Source: an uncultured Acidobacteriaceae bacterium (GTDB lineage Bacteria; Acidobacteriota; Terriglobia; Terriglobales; Acidobacteriaceae). From it: 64,000 bases of DNA. How positions within the stretch are numbered: position 1 is the stretch's first letter; the number at the start of each line of letters is the position of its first letter. The position numbers and the translations under genes are program-made. The notes under the pieces were generated by a model. It was given only the letters and a program-made list of their open reading frames with translations. It searched no databases and had not been told where the DNA came from. The stretch spans positions 414,863-478,862 of the forward strand of contig CAWIDA010000009.1 of assembly GCA_963834815.1 (NCBI GenBank), written 5' to 3'. Positions 52,228-62,147 of this stretch are shown here, in pieces.

Positions 52228-53304
52228 ATGCCGGAACACAGCAAACCACCCCAACAACCCGGGGCCACTCTCAAGGAACTGGCTAAACACCTGGGTCTGA
52301 CCAAGGGTACTGTTTCGGCCGTCCTCAATGACTCGCCCTACGCCAGAGCCATTCCCCAGCACACCAAGGACCGCATTTTCGCTGCCGCAACGGAGCTCAA
52401 CTACCATCCCAATTACTTCGCCCGGACCCTGCGCAAGAAACGTACGTATACGGTAGGAGTGCTCTGCGCCGAGATTGGCGACGCCTATGGAAGCGTCGTA
52501 ATTAGCGGCATTGAGTCCGTTCTAAGCGAACGCAAGTACCTTTTCGTCACCGTTGTGCACCACCACGATCCCGATTTGTTGCACCTGTATTCGGATATCC
52601 TGCAGAGCCGGGGGTCAGAAGGCCTCATCACCATCGACACGACTCTCTCGGTTAGCCCCCTTCTGCCCACGATTGCCGTCTCTGGGCACCGTGAGTTCGA
52701 CAGGGTCACCAATATCACCCTCGACCATATCAAGGCGGGCACGATGGTATTCGAGCATCTGAAAAGCCTCGGTCATCGCGAGATCGCCATCATCAAGGGA
52801 CAAACCCTCAGTATCGACACCCACGCCCGCTGGGATGGAATCAACCATGCTGCTCGCGAGTTGGGGATCGAATTGCGGCCCGAACTGGTTGTCCAATTGG
52901 ACGGCGATGATCCGTCGCCCCAAAAAGGCTACGAAACTACCAAGGCACTGTTGGCACGGAAGGTTCCCTTCACTGCGCTCTTCGCCTACAACGACATTTC
53001 AGCCGTGGGAGCGATTCGGGCCATCAAGGAGACGGGACTGCGAGTACCGGAAGATATCTCCGTCGTCGGCTTTGACGACATTCGTGAGGCGGCGTATCAC
53101 GTGCCCAGTCTTACCACGGTCCGCCAGCCGCTGCGGAAGATTGGCGCCCTGGCTGCTCAGACCCTGATCGATCGCATCGAATCACGCAACGGACATGAGA
53201 CTGAACTCCTCGTGGAACCGGAACTTGTGATTCGGGAATCCACCACGCAAGCGCAGACCTCGGTAACGCTACACAAACGCAAGCAACAAAATCTTTCCGC
53301 ATAA
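52228..53304 (+). CDS. LacI family transcriptional regulator
   Basis: [23 protein letters not shown] is the HTH, followed by a periplasmic-binding-protein-like sugar-binding core. I prefer ATG 52228. Confidence 0.9.
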   Translation: MPEHSKPPQQPGATLKELAKHLGLTKGTVSAVLNDSPYARAIPQHTKDRIFAAATELNYHPNYFARTLRKKRTYTVGVLCAEIGDAYGSVVISGIESVLSERKYLFVTVVHHHDPDLLHLYSDILQSRGSEGLITIDTTLSVSPLLPTIAVSGHREFDRVTNITLDHIKAGTMVFEHLKSLGHREIAIIKGQTLSIDTHARWDGINHAARELGIELRPELVVQLDGDDPSPQKGYETTKALLARKVPFTALFAYNDISAVGAIRAIKETGLRVPEDISVVGFDDIREAAYHVPSLTTVRQPLRKIGALAAQTLIDRIESRNGHETELLVEPELVIRESTTQAQTSVTLHKRKQQNLSA

Positions 53305-53321
53305 TCGGCCTGCGGCCGCCG

Positions 53322-54914
53322 CTAAAGCTGATCCTTGGTGGCAGGCGGTTCACCTCCCGGCGACTGGGGGCGCTGCGGTCGTAACTTCTGGTAGAGCTTG
53401 ATCTGCTGTTCGGCCTCATCTTTCATCGCGAGCTTGGTGTAGACCCGCGCCAGTTCGTAGTGGTTCTGTGGCTCATTCGGTGCCACCTGCACCGCCTTCT
53501 CCAGGACCGCCCGGGCCTCTGAGATCTGATTTTGTTGCAGATACAGCTGACCCAGCGCACCCAGGGCTTTAGGATTGTCGGGCCTGAGGGTCACGGACTG
53601 CTGCATTTGGCTGATGGCCGCCGAAAAGTCGCCCTCCTGTTTTGCCACCAGCCCGAGGAAATAATGCGCGTTGGCATCATCGGGGCCCCCGCCGATCGAC
53701 CGCGACAGATACTGCTTCGCAGCAGCCAGTTCGCCGGCGTTGTATTCAACTACTCCCATGGCCAGCAGCGCCCGTTTATCGTTCGGAGTCTTGGCCAGAA
53801 TCTTTTCCAGCAGCGGCTGGGCCTCGCCCCAGTGATTGCCCTCGACCAGCACTACCGAGTACGCCAGCGCGCTGGCGGTCTCGTCAGGACGCAACTTGTA
53901 CCAGTGCTGGGCAACGGCGTTCGCGGCTTGCATGTCATTATTTTGCATTTCCACAAACACAGCGCTTTGTAGCAGGTCGCTGCGAGGCGGTCCTGCGGCC
54001 AGCGCCGCGTCGAGAAACCCCGCTGCGATATCCCACTCATGCGAGAGTATGGCCAACGACGCGGCTGCGCTCAGTATCTCTTGCGACTTTGGATTCGCCT
54101 TGAGCGCCTGACTGATGGTTGTACGCGCCTCCTGCTGGTGCCCGGTTGCAGCTTGCGTCCTTGCCAGAGCGGCCTGGAAGGATGGCGTCATCTTCTGTCT
54201 AGCTTGCGCGATCCTTAACAACTCAGATGCGTCCCCCGGCATGTCATGATCGAGAAGGCTGTTCGCCAGCTCGGGGACAATTTCTGGATCCGCGCTCGCG
54301 TGCTGCAGCACCCGGCCGATCGCCTGATGTGCCTGCTCCGAATTGCGCATCGCGAGATAATCTGCCGCCATCGCCGGCAAGAGCTTGGTGGGCCAGCTGG
54401 CTTCGGGGATCTTCTTGGCGATCGCCAGAGACTTTGTGTAATCGCCATTCTTCTCGTAAGCAACAGCCAACTCGGCAGCGATCTTTGTGCTGGCTGGAGC
54501 CAGTTTGCGGCACGCCTCATATTGCGCAACTGTTTCGGGCCATCGGGCCTCGTCGCGCAGCAGCGACGCCAGATTTTCGCACGCCTCCAGCGACTTGGGA
54601 TTGCCCGCAACAGCCCGGTGAAAGAACGCCTCAGCCTCACCCCAGTTGCCCTGTTTGCGGCGCACCACTCCCAGCAACGTCTCTGCCCGGGCATTGTCCG
54701 GCTGCTTCTGCAGAATCGCCTGCAATTGCTTATCGGCTTCGTCGAGCTTCGATTGCCGGATGAGAGTATCGATGGCAGCGAAGTTCGGCCCCTGCGCCTC
54801 GACCCGCACCGCCATACAGCCCAGCAGAAGAGCAAGCAGCGGTGCGAGAATCCAGGGCCGATAGGATCGGAAAGCAGGTCGTTTCAAGCGCGACAATTCA
54901 GCATTGCAGGTCAA
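53322..54914 (-). CDS. Tetratricopeptide repeat protein, exported (530 aa)
   Basis: N-terminal hydrophobic signal (WILAPLLALLLGCMAVRVEAQ) followed by TPR units throughout. Confidence 0.85.
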   Translation of the reverse strand: MTCNAELSRLKRPAFRSYRPWILAPLLALLLGCMAVRVEAQGPNFAAIDTLIRQSKLDEADKQLQAILQKQPDNARAETLLGVVRRKQGNWGEAEAFFHRAVAGNPKSLEACENLASLLRDEARWPETVAQYEACRKLAPASTKIAAELAVAYEKNGDYTKSLAIAKKIPEASWPTKLLPAMAADYLAMRNSEQAHQAIGRVLQHASADPEIVPELANSLLDHDMPGDASELLRIAQARQKMTPSFQAALARTQAATGHQQEARTTISQALKANPKSQEILSAAASLAILSHEWDIAAGFLDAALAAGPPRSDLLQSAVFVEMQNNDMQAANAVAQHWYKLRPDETASALAYSVVLVEGNHWGEAQPLLEKILAKTPNDKRALLAMGVVEYNAGELAAAKQYLSRSIGGGPDDANAHYFLGLVAKQEGDFSAAISQMQQSVTLRPDNPKALGALGQLYLQQNQISEARAVLEKAVQVAPNEPQNHYELARVYTKLAMKDEAEQQIKLYQKLRPQRPQSPGGEPPATKDQL

Positions 54915-55041
54915 TGTATAGACCGAAGGGGTAGGACTCTCTCAGGTTATGGGGCGCACAGAATCACTGTCAAGGCGAAGCAGATCGCGTCCGTCGGTAA
55001 GCTAGAATACGTGTAGCACCTCTCTAGCATCTGCCGATCCT

Positions 55042-56745
55042 ATGCGTCTGGTACCTGTTGCGCTGCTGATATTTGCCCTGTGTCCCGCGTTCGGCCAGAC
55101 GGCGCCCATCCACTTTCACAATGCTAATAAAGAAGTTGGCCTCCCCGTACCCGGCTCCGAGCCTCCAGCTGAGATGAAGTACATCGTGCAGCAGATGGCC
55201 GGAGGCGTTGCGCTGTTCGATTGTGACAACGACGGCAAGCTTGACATCGCGGTGGTCACGCCTTCCACCATCGCGGGATACCGCGCGGGCGGCGATCCGA
55301 TGGTCGCGCTCTATCACCAGGACGCGGGATTCAAGTTCAGCGACGTGACCAAGGCTGCCGGACTGACCCGAAAGGGCTGGGGCATGGGCCTGGCCGTGGC
55401 CGACTACGACAATGACGGCCTTCCCGATCTGTACGTCACCGGCTATGGCGGCAACGCCCTCTACCACAATCTCGGCAACTGCAAGTTCGAGGATGTCACA
55501 GACCGAGCGGGGGTAGCCGGAGGGGCCTTCAGCACCGGCGCGGCCTGGGGCGACTACGACCGGGACGGCAACGTCGATCTCTTCGTTTCCCGCTACATTC
55601 ATTCGGACGTGAAGACCCTCGGCGAGGTCAAGACTAACTACAAAGGGCTGGTTGTCGAGGCTCCCTGGGGCATGTCGGGCGAAACCGATCTCCTGTTTCA
55701 CAACCGCGGTAACGGTACCTTTGAAGAAGTGTCGAAGAAAGCCGGGGTGAACGATCCCGAAGGGCGCCTCGGCCTGGGCGTGGTTTGGGGTGACTACGAC
55801 AATGACGGCTGGCCCGATCTTTTTGTCGGCAACGACACCGAGCCCAGCTACCTGTACCGCAACAAGCACGATGGGACGTTTGAGGATCAGGCGTTGCTCT
55901 CCGGCGCGGCGGTAAGTGCCGAAGGCAAAGCAATGGGATCGATGGGCGTCGATTTCGGCGACTTCGATCGCGATGGGAAGCTCGACATTACCGTCGGAAC
56001 CTTTGCCTATCAGCCCGATAATCTCTTCCACAATCACGGTGACGAATTCAACGACATCACCTGGGCTGCCAAGCTTGGGCAGCCAACCTTCCGCTGGGTA
56101 AAGTGGGGCACCGGCTTCGCTGATTTCGATAACGATGGATGGCCCGACATTATGGTTGCTACCGGACACATTTACACTGCCATCGACACGTTGCCCGGTG
56201 AGCCACAATTCCGCGAGCCCATGCTACTGTTCCGCAACAGCGGGAAGCTGACGTTCGACGACGTCAGCGACACCTCTGGCCTCAATGATGAACCGCTACA
56301 GTCGCGCCGCGGCATCGCCTTCGGAGACCTCAACAACGACGGCAATATTGATGCGGTTGTGTTCAATGCGGGTGAGCCGCCATCCATCCTGATCAACGAT
56401 TCGAAGAATTCGAACCATCGTGTCATGTTCCGGCTGGTGGGAACGACAAGCAACAAATCAGCTATCGGTGCGCGCGTAACCATTACGGCCGATGGAGTCA
56501 CGCAGCTACGCGAGGTCAAGGGCGGCAGCGGCTATATCTCCCAGAGCGACTTGCGGCTGCATTTCGGGCTGGGCGAGAAAACGACCAAGGTTGCGAAAGT
56601 CGTGATCCGCTGGCCCAACGGCAATATCGAAGAATTGAAGGACATCGCCGCCGATGCCATCTATACCGTGGTGGAGGGCGCTGGAATCAAAGAGACCACG
56701 CCGTTGCCGCCCGTAACTCCTGCGAGCCTGCCAACCAAAAACTAG
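55042..56745 (+). CDS. CRTAC1 family protein (FG-GAP/VCBS repeats plus ASPIC/UnbV domain), secreted
   Basis: Signal peptide, repeated DYDNDG(W/L)PD-type Ca-binding loops, and C-terminal NKSAIGARVTI...GGSGYISQSDLRLHFGLG (UnbV_ASPIC). Confidence 0.9.
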   Translation: MRLVPVALLIFALCPAFGQTAPIHFHNANKEVGLPVPGSEPPAEMKYIVQQMAGGVALFDCDNDGKLDIAVVTPSTIAGYRAGGDPMVALYHQDAGFKFSDVTKAAGLTRKGWGMGLAVADYDNDGLPDLYVTGYGGNALYHNLGNCKFEDVTDRAGVAGGAFSTGAAWGDYDRDGNVDLFVSRYIHSDVKTLGEVKTNYKGLVVEAPWGMSGETDLLFHNRGNGTFEEVSKKAGVNDPEGRLGLGVVWGDYDNDGWPDLFVGNDTEPSYLYRNKHDGTFEDQALLSGAAVSAEGKAMGSMGVDFGDFDRDGKLDITVGTFAYQPDNLFHNHGDEFNDITWAAKLGQPTFRWVKWGTGFADFDNDGWPDIMVATGHIYTAIDTLPGEPQFREPMLLFRNSGKLTFDDVSDTSGLNDEPLQSRRGIAFGDLNNDGNIDAVVFNAGEPPSILINDSKNSNHRVMFRLVGTTSNKSAIGARVTITADGVTQLREVKGGSGYISQSDLRLHFGLGEKTTKVAKVVIRWPNGNIEELKDIAADAIYTVVEGAGIKETTPLPPVTPASLPTKN

Positions 56746-57067
56746 AGCGTTTTCAGAATTGGTGTAGCCGGGGAGGACGAGTAGAGCGGCGCTTCAGAGG
56801 CTGTTACGAAACTGCGCTGACTCCGTTGAGGGTGGAACAAATGCCACGAATCGCTGGGCGAACGAGCCGCGAAGCGGCGGCTTTGCTTCTAGCCCGGGGT
56901 GCAAACCCCGGGATAGTGGGAAAAATGTTGGAGCCGCGTAGCGGCGACAGAAGTTTCGTAACAGCCTCTTCAGCGCCCCGTCTCAGGCAGTCCCTAGAGT
57001 CGAGCCGGCTTCAGCCGGCGGCAGCTCTTGGTCCCTTGCCCTGACACTATTTCCTAAACCACTCTAG
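56742..57067. repeat. Hairpin-rich intergenic element (REP/MITE-like), copy B, with a nested 26-nt inverted repeat
   Basis: Outer IR: CTAGAGCGTTTTCAGAATT (56742-56760) versus the reverse complement of ATTTCCTAAACCACTCTAG (57049-57067), 13/19 matches. Inner IR: 56788-56813 versus 56952-56977, complementary at 24/26. The inner IR encloses three small hairpins (56866-56878, 56893-56912, 56933-56945). It shares sequence blocks with copy A. Confidence 0.6.
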
Positions 57068-57070
57068 CCG

Positions 57071-58867
57071 CTATTTCTTCTTCGGCAAGATCTTCTCGCG
57101 TTCGACCAGGCCGCTCCCCTCCAGCACAGAGTAGAACTTGTCTGCCTGCAAGTTGCTCAGCTTGTCCGTCGTGCCGGAGGGCCACACGATCTCAACTGAG
57201 TCGATCTTGGCTGCGCTGCCTAGCCCGAAGTGCACCCGAAAATCATGGTTGGAGAGGTAACTGCCCCCGCTATGGATTTGTGCGGTCTGGGTCACGCCGC
57301 CCGCGACGATCTTCAAGCGCGCGCCAATCGCCAGACGGTTGCTCTTGGTTCCCGCCAACTCGAAGCTCACCCAGTGCGTGCCCGCAATACCGTTGTTGTG
57401 CAGGATCATGGGTTCGCCGTCGAGATCGCCGATCACCACGTCCATGTTGCCGTCGTTGTCCAGATCGGCGACGGCCAAGCCGCGGCTGACGCGGGGAATC
57501 TGCAGCGCAGGTCCGGCCTGTGCGGCGGCGTCGCAGAAGGTGCCGTTCCTCTGATTCATGAACAAATTCTTGGGCTGCCGGTAGCGCGCACCCGAGGGCA
57601 AACTGTCCACCTGCGGGTATACCTGTCCGTTCACCGAGATCAGGTCGAGCCAGCCGTCGTTGTCCAGATCGACGAAAGCGTCGCCCCACTTGACCCAGGG
57701 CAGCGACGCCAGTCCCACTCCGGCTTCAAAGGCCACGTCGCGAAAGTCGTAGCCGCCCTCGTTGCGATACAGAATGTTGTACTCGTCGGCGAAGTTGGTG
57801 ACATAAATCGAAGGCCGCCCGGTGTGGTTGTAGTCTCCAATCGCGACCCCCATGGAGCCCTGCTCGGAGCCGTCGGAACTGACGGCCGTACCCGACTCCA
57901 GTCCGATCTCGGAGAACTTTCCCTTGCCATCGTTCTTATAGAGAAAGTTGGGGGTCGAGTCGTTGGCTGCATAGATGTCAGGACGGCCGCTGTCATTGAG
58001 ATCCGCCCACGTCACCCCCAGTCCGTAGTAGCCCGACGGATCGTCCACACCGGCTGCCTTTGAAACCTCGGTAAAGGTTCCATCACCATTGTTGTGATAG
58101 AGGGAATCTCCGGCGCCCCGCAGGCCGCGGGGACCGCACTGCACGTCGATGCCACGGTATTTGCAGGTGGGGCTGCTGCCGAACGCCGGCAGGTCGCTCA
58201 ATTGAAAATCTACGTACCGGGTGACCATCAGATCGACAAATCCATCGTTGTCGTAGTCGCCAAATGCCGCCCCAGTGGACCACCTCGGGTCGTCGATTCC
58301 AGCCTGCTTGGTGACGTCGGTGAAGGTGCCGTCTCCGTTGTTGCGGTAAAGAATGGTGTGGCCGAGGCAGGTGATGGCCATGTCGGGCCAGCCATCATTG
58401 TTGTAGTCGCCCACGGCGCCGCCCATGGCGAAACACGGCGTCGCGACTCCCGCCTTGTCGGTGACGTCGGTAAACGTGCCGTCGTGATTGTTGTGATAGA
58501 GCGCGCTTCGGGAGCTCTGGCCCTTCAGCGCCATGGCAACAGTGGGCGCGTTGGTGAAATAAATGTCGGGCCAGCCGTCGCGGTCATAGTCGAGCACCAG
58601 TACCCCGCCGCCCATCGACTCCACGATGTATTTCTTTTCCGGATCGGCTACGTGTTGAAACTTGATGCCTGTTTTATCCGTGATATCCGCCAACTGAGGT
58701 ATCGTACGGTCTTTGCAGACCACGTTCCTCGCCCCCGGCGGAGGCGGCGGCGCTACTGCGTGCGCCTGGGCGAAAGCATCGCTTGCCATCAGCACCGTCA
58801 GCAAAAAAACCAGACCGGTGCGTAGTCGATTAACAATTTTCAGAGACGGGGAATCCACTTTTCTCAT
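57071..58867 (-). CDS. CRTAC1 family protein (FG-GAP/VCBS plus ASPIC/UnbV), secreted
   Basis: Signal peptide, repeated DYNNDGWPD / DYDNDGFVD loops, and C-terminal SNRLAIGARLKI...GGSYLSNHDFRVHFGLG. Confidence 0.9.
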   Translation of the reverse strand: MRKVDSPSLKIVNRLRTGLVFLLTVLMASDAFAQAHAVAPPPPPGARNVVCKDRTIPQLADITDKTGIKFQHVADPEKKYIVESMGGGVLVLDYDRDGWPDIYFTNAPTVAMALKGQSSRSALYHNNHDGTFTDVTDKAGVATPCFAMGGAVGDYNNDGWPDMAITCLGHTILYRNNGDGTFTDVTKQAGIDDPRWSTGAAFGDYDNDGFVDLMVTRYVDFQLSDLPAFGSSPTCKYRGIDVQCGPRGLRGAGDSLYHNNGDGTFTEVSKAAGVDDPSGYYGLGVTWADLNDSGRPDIYAANDSTPNFLYKNDGKGKFSEIGLESGTAVSSDGSEQGSMGVAIGDYNHTGRPSIYVTNFADEYNILYRNEGGYDFRDVAFEAGVGLASLPWVKWGDAFVDLDNDGWLDLISVNGQVYPQVDSLPSGARYRQPKNLFMNQRNGTFCDAAAQAGPALQIPRVSRGLAVADLDNDGNMDVVIGDLDGEPMILHNNGIAGTHWVSFELAGTKSNRLAIGARLKIVAGGVTQTAQIHSGGSYLSNHDFRVHFGLGSAAKIDSVEIVWPSGTTDKLSNLQADKFYSVLEGSGLVEREKILPKKK

Positions 58868-58984
58868 TATCGCAGGTAACTTCAGGATGGACGCTCGTGA
58901 CCCACATCGCTTCCGGCGTAACAGACCGCGGCTATAACTTGCATGCGGGGCGAGGGCGATGGTAAGTAGGACCTGAATCCAGGG

Positions 58985-60388
58985 TCAGGAAATCGGCGGA
59001 ACAACATAGCCAAAAGCATCATCGATCACCGACGCCGCCTTGAGCGCGACTTCGTCTTCGTAGGGGCGACCCACCACCTGCACCCCGATCGGCAAACCCT
59101 CCGGCGATCGACCCACGGGCACGACTGCGGCAGGCGCAGCCAGCAGATTGAACCACTGCGAATATCGCATCGCATCCAGGTACTCGACCTGCTTTCCGTC
59201 AATGGCCCAGCTTCGTTCGTCATGCCGGAACGCCGGCACGGCGCATACCGGACACAGCAGCAGCGGAAACTCCTGCATCTGCGCCAGCAGTTTTCCGCGA
59301 ATGATGTCGGCTTCCGCCCATGCCATCAGCAATTCCTCCGCAGTGAGCGGCGGTGCAGCGTGGGCCCGTGCCAGAAAATCGCGAAAGACAGGGCTGAGTT
59401 TGTCCTCGTGTCCGCGGACGAGTGGCTCTTCAAACATCGCTCCACAACGCACGAAGAACAGTTCCCACAGCTTGCGCGCCTGCTCCAGTGCCTTGGGACG
59501 AAAGGGCCGAACCTCAAACCCTTGTGCGCGCAAGGCCTGCGCGGCATCCTGAACGGCTTGTCGGGTCTCCGGCGTCACCGGCGTCAGGCCGTCGTCTTCG
59601 AAATAACCGATAGCCAGGCGCTTGACCTCGTCGAGGGACGGTTCGCGCAGTGGGATGGGTGGACTGGCGGGATCGACAGGGTCTTGTCCCGAGAGCGCGC
59701 GAAACAGCAGCGCGACGTCGTCGACGGTCCGGGCCATAGGGCCGATGGCGCCCAGGAACGAGAACGGCCCGATGCACGGCGGCAAATGACCGTCCCCGGG
59801 AATGCGGCCCGGAGTCGGCTTCAGTGAGCATATGCCCGTGAAGTGAGCGGGCACGCGTACCGAGCCACCGCTGTCGCTGCCCAGGCCACCGGCGGACATT
59901 CCCGCAGCGATGGCCGCCGACTCTCCGCCACTCGAGCCACCCGGAGTGTAGTCGAGGTTCCAGGGATTGTTGGTGCGCCCGTGCAGGTCATTCTCGGTCA
60001 CGTAGGCCATCAGGTACTCGGGGCAATTGGTCGTGCCCAGAATGATCGCGCCGGCTCGCCGCAAACGTGCGACGACTGTTGCATCCTGTGCCGGAACGTG
60101 GCCACGATTCACAAGGCTACCAATCTCGCAGCGATGGCCCGCCGTCGAGATTGACGACTTCACGGTCACCGGCAAGCCCGCCAGAGGGGCCAGCTCGGCT
60201 GAAGAATTGTCGCTGGCTCGTGCCTGCTGGCGCACGCGCTCAGGATCGAAGTCCACCAGCGCGTTGATCTGCGGATTCAGCCGCTCGATCTGCCGGATGT
60301 ATTCCTCCGCCAACTCAAGGGCCGAAATTTTCTTGGTTCGAAGGAGCGCCAACAGCTCTGTGGCCGACTGCTGCGTGACTGCCTTCAT
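58985..60388 (-). CDS. Amidase-signature family amidase (GatA-like), no signal peptide
   Basis: GGSSGGESAAIAAGMSAGGLGSDSGGSVRVPA is the signature. The ATG overlaps the stop of the upstream CRTAC1 gene (ATGA, 60385-60388). Confidence 0.9.
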   Translation of the reverse strand: MKAVTQQSATELLALLRTKKISALELAEEYIRQIERLNPQINALVDFDPERVRQQARASDNSSAELAPLAGLPVTVKSSISTAGHRCEIGSLVNRGHVPAQDATVVARLRRAGAIILGTTNCPEYLMAYVTENDLHGRTNNPWNLDYTPGGSSGGESAAIAAGMSAGGLGSDSGGSVRVPAHFTGICSLKPTPGRIPGDGHLPPCIGPFSFLGAIGPMARTVDDVALLFRALSGQDPVDPASPPIPLREPSLDEVKRLAIGYFEDDGLTPVTPETRQAVQDAAQALRAQGFEVRPFRPKALEQARKLWELFFVRCGAMFEEPLVRGHEDKLSPVFRDFLARAHAAPPLTAEELLMAWAEADIIRGKLLAQMQEFPLLLCPVCAVPAFRHDERSWAIDGKQVEYLDAMRYSQWFNLLAAPAAVVPVGRSPEGLPIGVQVVGRPYEDEVALKAASVIDDAFGYVVPPIS

Positions 60389-62106
60389 CGTGTGGCTTTG
60401 CGTTGTCCGCCACCCGACGGCGCCGGTTGCGCCTGCGCTCCAAACGGCCGCTGCTGCACGATGCCCGATCCTTCTTTCACCGTGATGGTCTGCCCGGCCG
60501 CAACTTTCGAGAGCTTGTCGACTTGTCCGCTAGGCCAGCGCAACTCGATTTCATCGGCCTGTCCCGACTTGCCCAGTCCAAATGTCAGCACCAGTTCGCT
60601 CGACGATAGATAGCCCGAACCGCTGCGCAGTAATTGCGTCTGCCGTTCGCCGCCGGCTTTCACGATGGCTAGAGTCCCGATGCCGTCGCGATTCGAGCGC
60701 GTGCCCACCAGCTTGATCCGCAGGCTGCGGTTATTGCTCCCGCCGTCGTTGCGGAAGAGCACGGCCGGACCGCCATTCGTGGTCATGAGCAGATCCAGAT
60801 CGCCGTCATTGTCGATGTCGGCGTACGCCGCGCCTCGTCCCACCCGGGGTGCGCCGAGGTCCGGGCCAGCCGATTGCGTGGCATCGGCGAAATTGCCTTT
60901 CCCCTGGTTGTGAAACAGGTGCGGCGACTCGGCGTACTTGACGCGCTTTTGTATGCGCTCGATCTCGTTCTCGATATGCCCGTTGGCTACAAAAATATCG
61001 AGCCAGCCGTCGTTGTCGTAGTCGAAGAACAGCGTCGCAAATCCCAGGGACAAGAGGCTGCGTCGTCCCACCTCGGAGCGCGGCGCCTCATCCACGAACA
61101 AGCCATTGCCTTCGTTGTGATAGAGCGCCAGCATCTGATTGGCGAAATTGCCGATCACGATGCTCGGACGCCCGGTGTGATCGTAGTCCGCCGCATCAAT
61201 ACCCATGCCGGCGCGCGCCACCCCATCCTCGCTGAAGGCGATGCCGGCAGACACGGCCGACTCGGTAAAGCCTCCCTTGGTGTTGTTGATGTACAGCTTG
61301 TTCGGCTGGGTATCGTTGGCAATCACCAGGTCTGGCCAGCCATCGCCGTTTACGTCCAGCACGGCGACGCCCAGCGACTTCGAGGAATTATCGAACAATC
61401 CCGCTTTCGCCGTCGCGTCTTCAAACTTGCCGTTACCGATGTTGTGCCACAGGCGTACAGACGCTCCCTTGTAGGATTCCGGCGTGCAATAGGACTTATG
61501 CGTTCCGTCGAGCGTGCAGTAGATGTCGCCTTGCGGGCTCCACTGCACATAGTTGACAACGATGAGGTCGAGCTTGCCGTCGCGGTCGTAGTCCACCCAA
61601 GCGGCGCTGGTGCTGAATTCGTTGGGGCCCCACATCCCCGCCGTCTTGGTAACGTCGGTGAAGGTTCCGTTGCCGTTGTTGTGAAACAGGTGGCTCTGGC
61701 CCAGTGCCGAAACGTAGATGTCGTCGAAGCCGTCGTTGTCGTAATCGCCGACGGCCGCACCCATGCCAAACAACGAAACACCCAACCCTGCCTTGGCGGT
61801 TACATCGGTAAACGTGCCGTTGCGATTATTGTGGTACAGCTTCAGCGTGGAGGGCTTGCCTCCCGCGGTCCAGTCCTTGCCATTCACCAGCAGGATGTCG
61901 GGATAGCCGTCATTGTCGTAATCGAGGAAGGCGCAGCCCGGGCCCATGGTCTCTGGAAGCCACTTCTTGCCGGCGGCGCCATTGTTATGAACAAAGTTAA
62001 TACCCGCCTGCCTGGTGATATCACGGAAGGTAACCTGCGCCGCCGTGGAGGAGGCCAGAGCGATGCATGCCAGGGTGAGAAAAAAGGGTTTTATTATAAC
62101 TTTCAT
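60385..62106 (-). CDS. CRTAC1 family protein (FG-GAP/VCBS plus ASPIC/UnbV), secreted
   Basis: MKVIIKPFFLTLACIALASSTAAQ is the signal peptide from ATG 62106. It has repeated DYDNDG loops and C-terminal SNRDGIGTLAIV...GSGYLSSSELVLTFGLG. The track start at 62151 would add an atypical 15 aa. Confidence 0.88.
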   Translation of the reverse strand: MKVIIKPFFLTLACIALASSTAAQVTFRDITRQAGINFVHNNGAAGKKWLPETMGPGCAFLDYDNDGYPDILLVNGKDWTAGGKPSTLKLYHNNRNGTFTDVTAKAGLGVSLFGMGAAVGDYDNDGFDDIYVSALGQSHLFHNNGNGTFTDVTKTAGMWGPNEFSTSAAWVDYDRDGKLDLIVVNYVQWSPQGDIYCTLDGTHKSYCTPESYKGASVRLWHNIGNGKFEDATAKAGLFDNSSKSLGVAVLDVNGDGWPDLVIANDTQPNKLYINNTKGGFTESAVSAGIAFSEDGVARAGMGIDAADYDHTGRPSIVIGNFANQMLALYHNEGNGLFVDEAPRSEVGRRSLLSLGFATLFFDYDNDGWLDIFVANGHIENEIERIQKRVKYAESPHLFHNQGKGNFADATQSAGPDLGAPRVGRGAAYADIDNDGDLDLLMTTNGGPAVLFRNDGGSNNRSLRIKLVGTRSNRDGIGTLAIVKAGGERQTQLLRSGSGYLSSSELVLTFGLGKSGQADEIELRWPSGQVDKLSKVAAGQTITVKEGSGIVQQRPFGAQAQPAPSGGGQRKATR

Positions 62107-62147
62107 TATAACGTTATAACGCTCATTATAACTTTCGTTAAATTGGA

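Noticed and set aside
55024-56208. A 394-aa minus-strand ORF antisense to the first CRTAC1 gene. Similar long antisense ORFs occur at 60874-62178 (434 aa), 57230-58063, 58094-58825, 38207-39331 (374 aa), 31631-32719 (362 aa), 49445-50467 (340 aa), 18788-19861 (357 aa), 21707-22534, 54246-55016, 62403-63245, 9820-10509 and 10883-11638.
   Set aside because: These are typical high-GC mirror ORFs. Each is fully embedded opposite a gene with strong family motifs, has a Val/Arg/Gly/Asp-biased low-information composition, and has no ribosome-binding site or recognisable domain.
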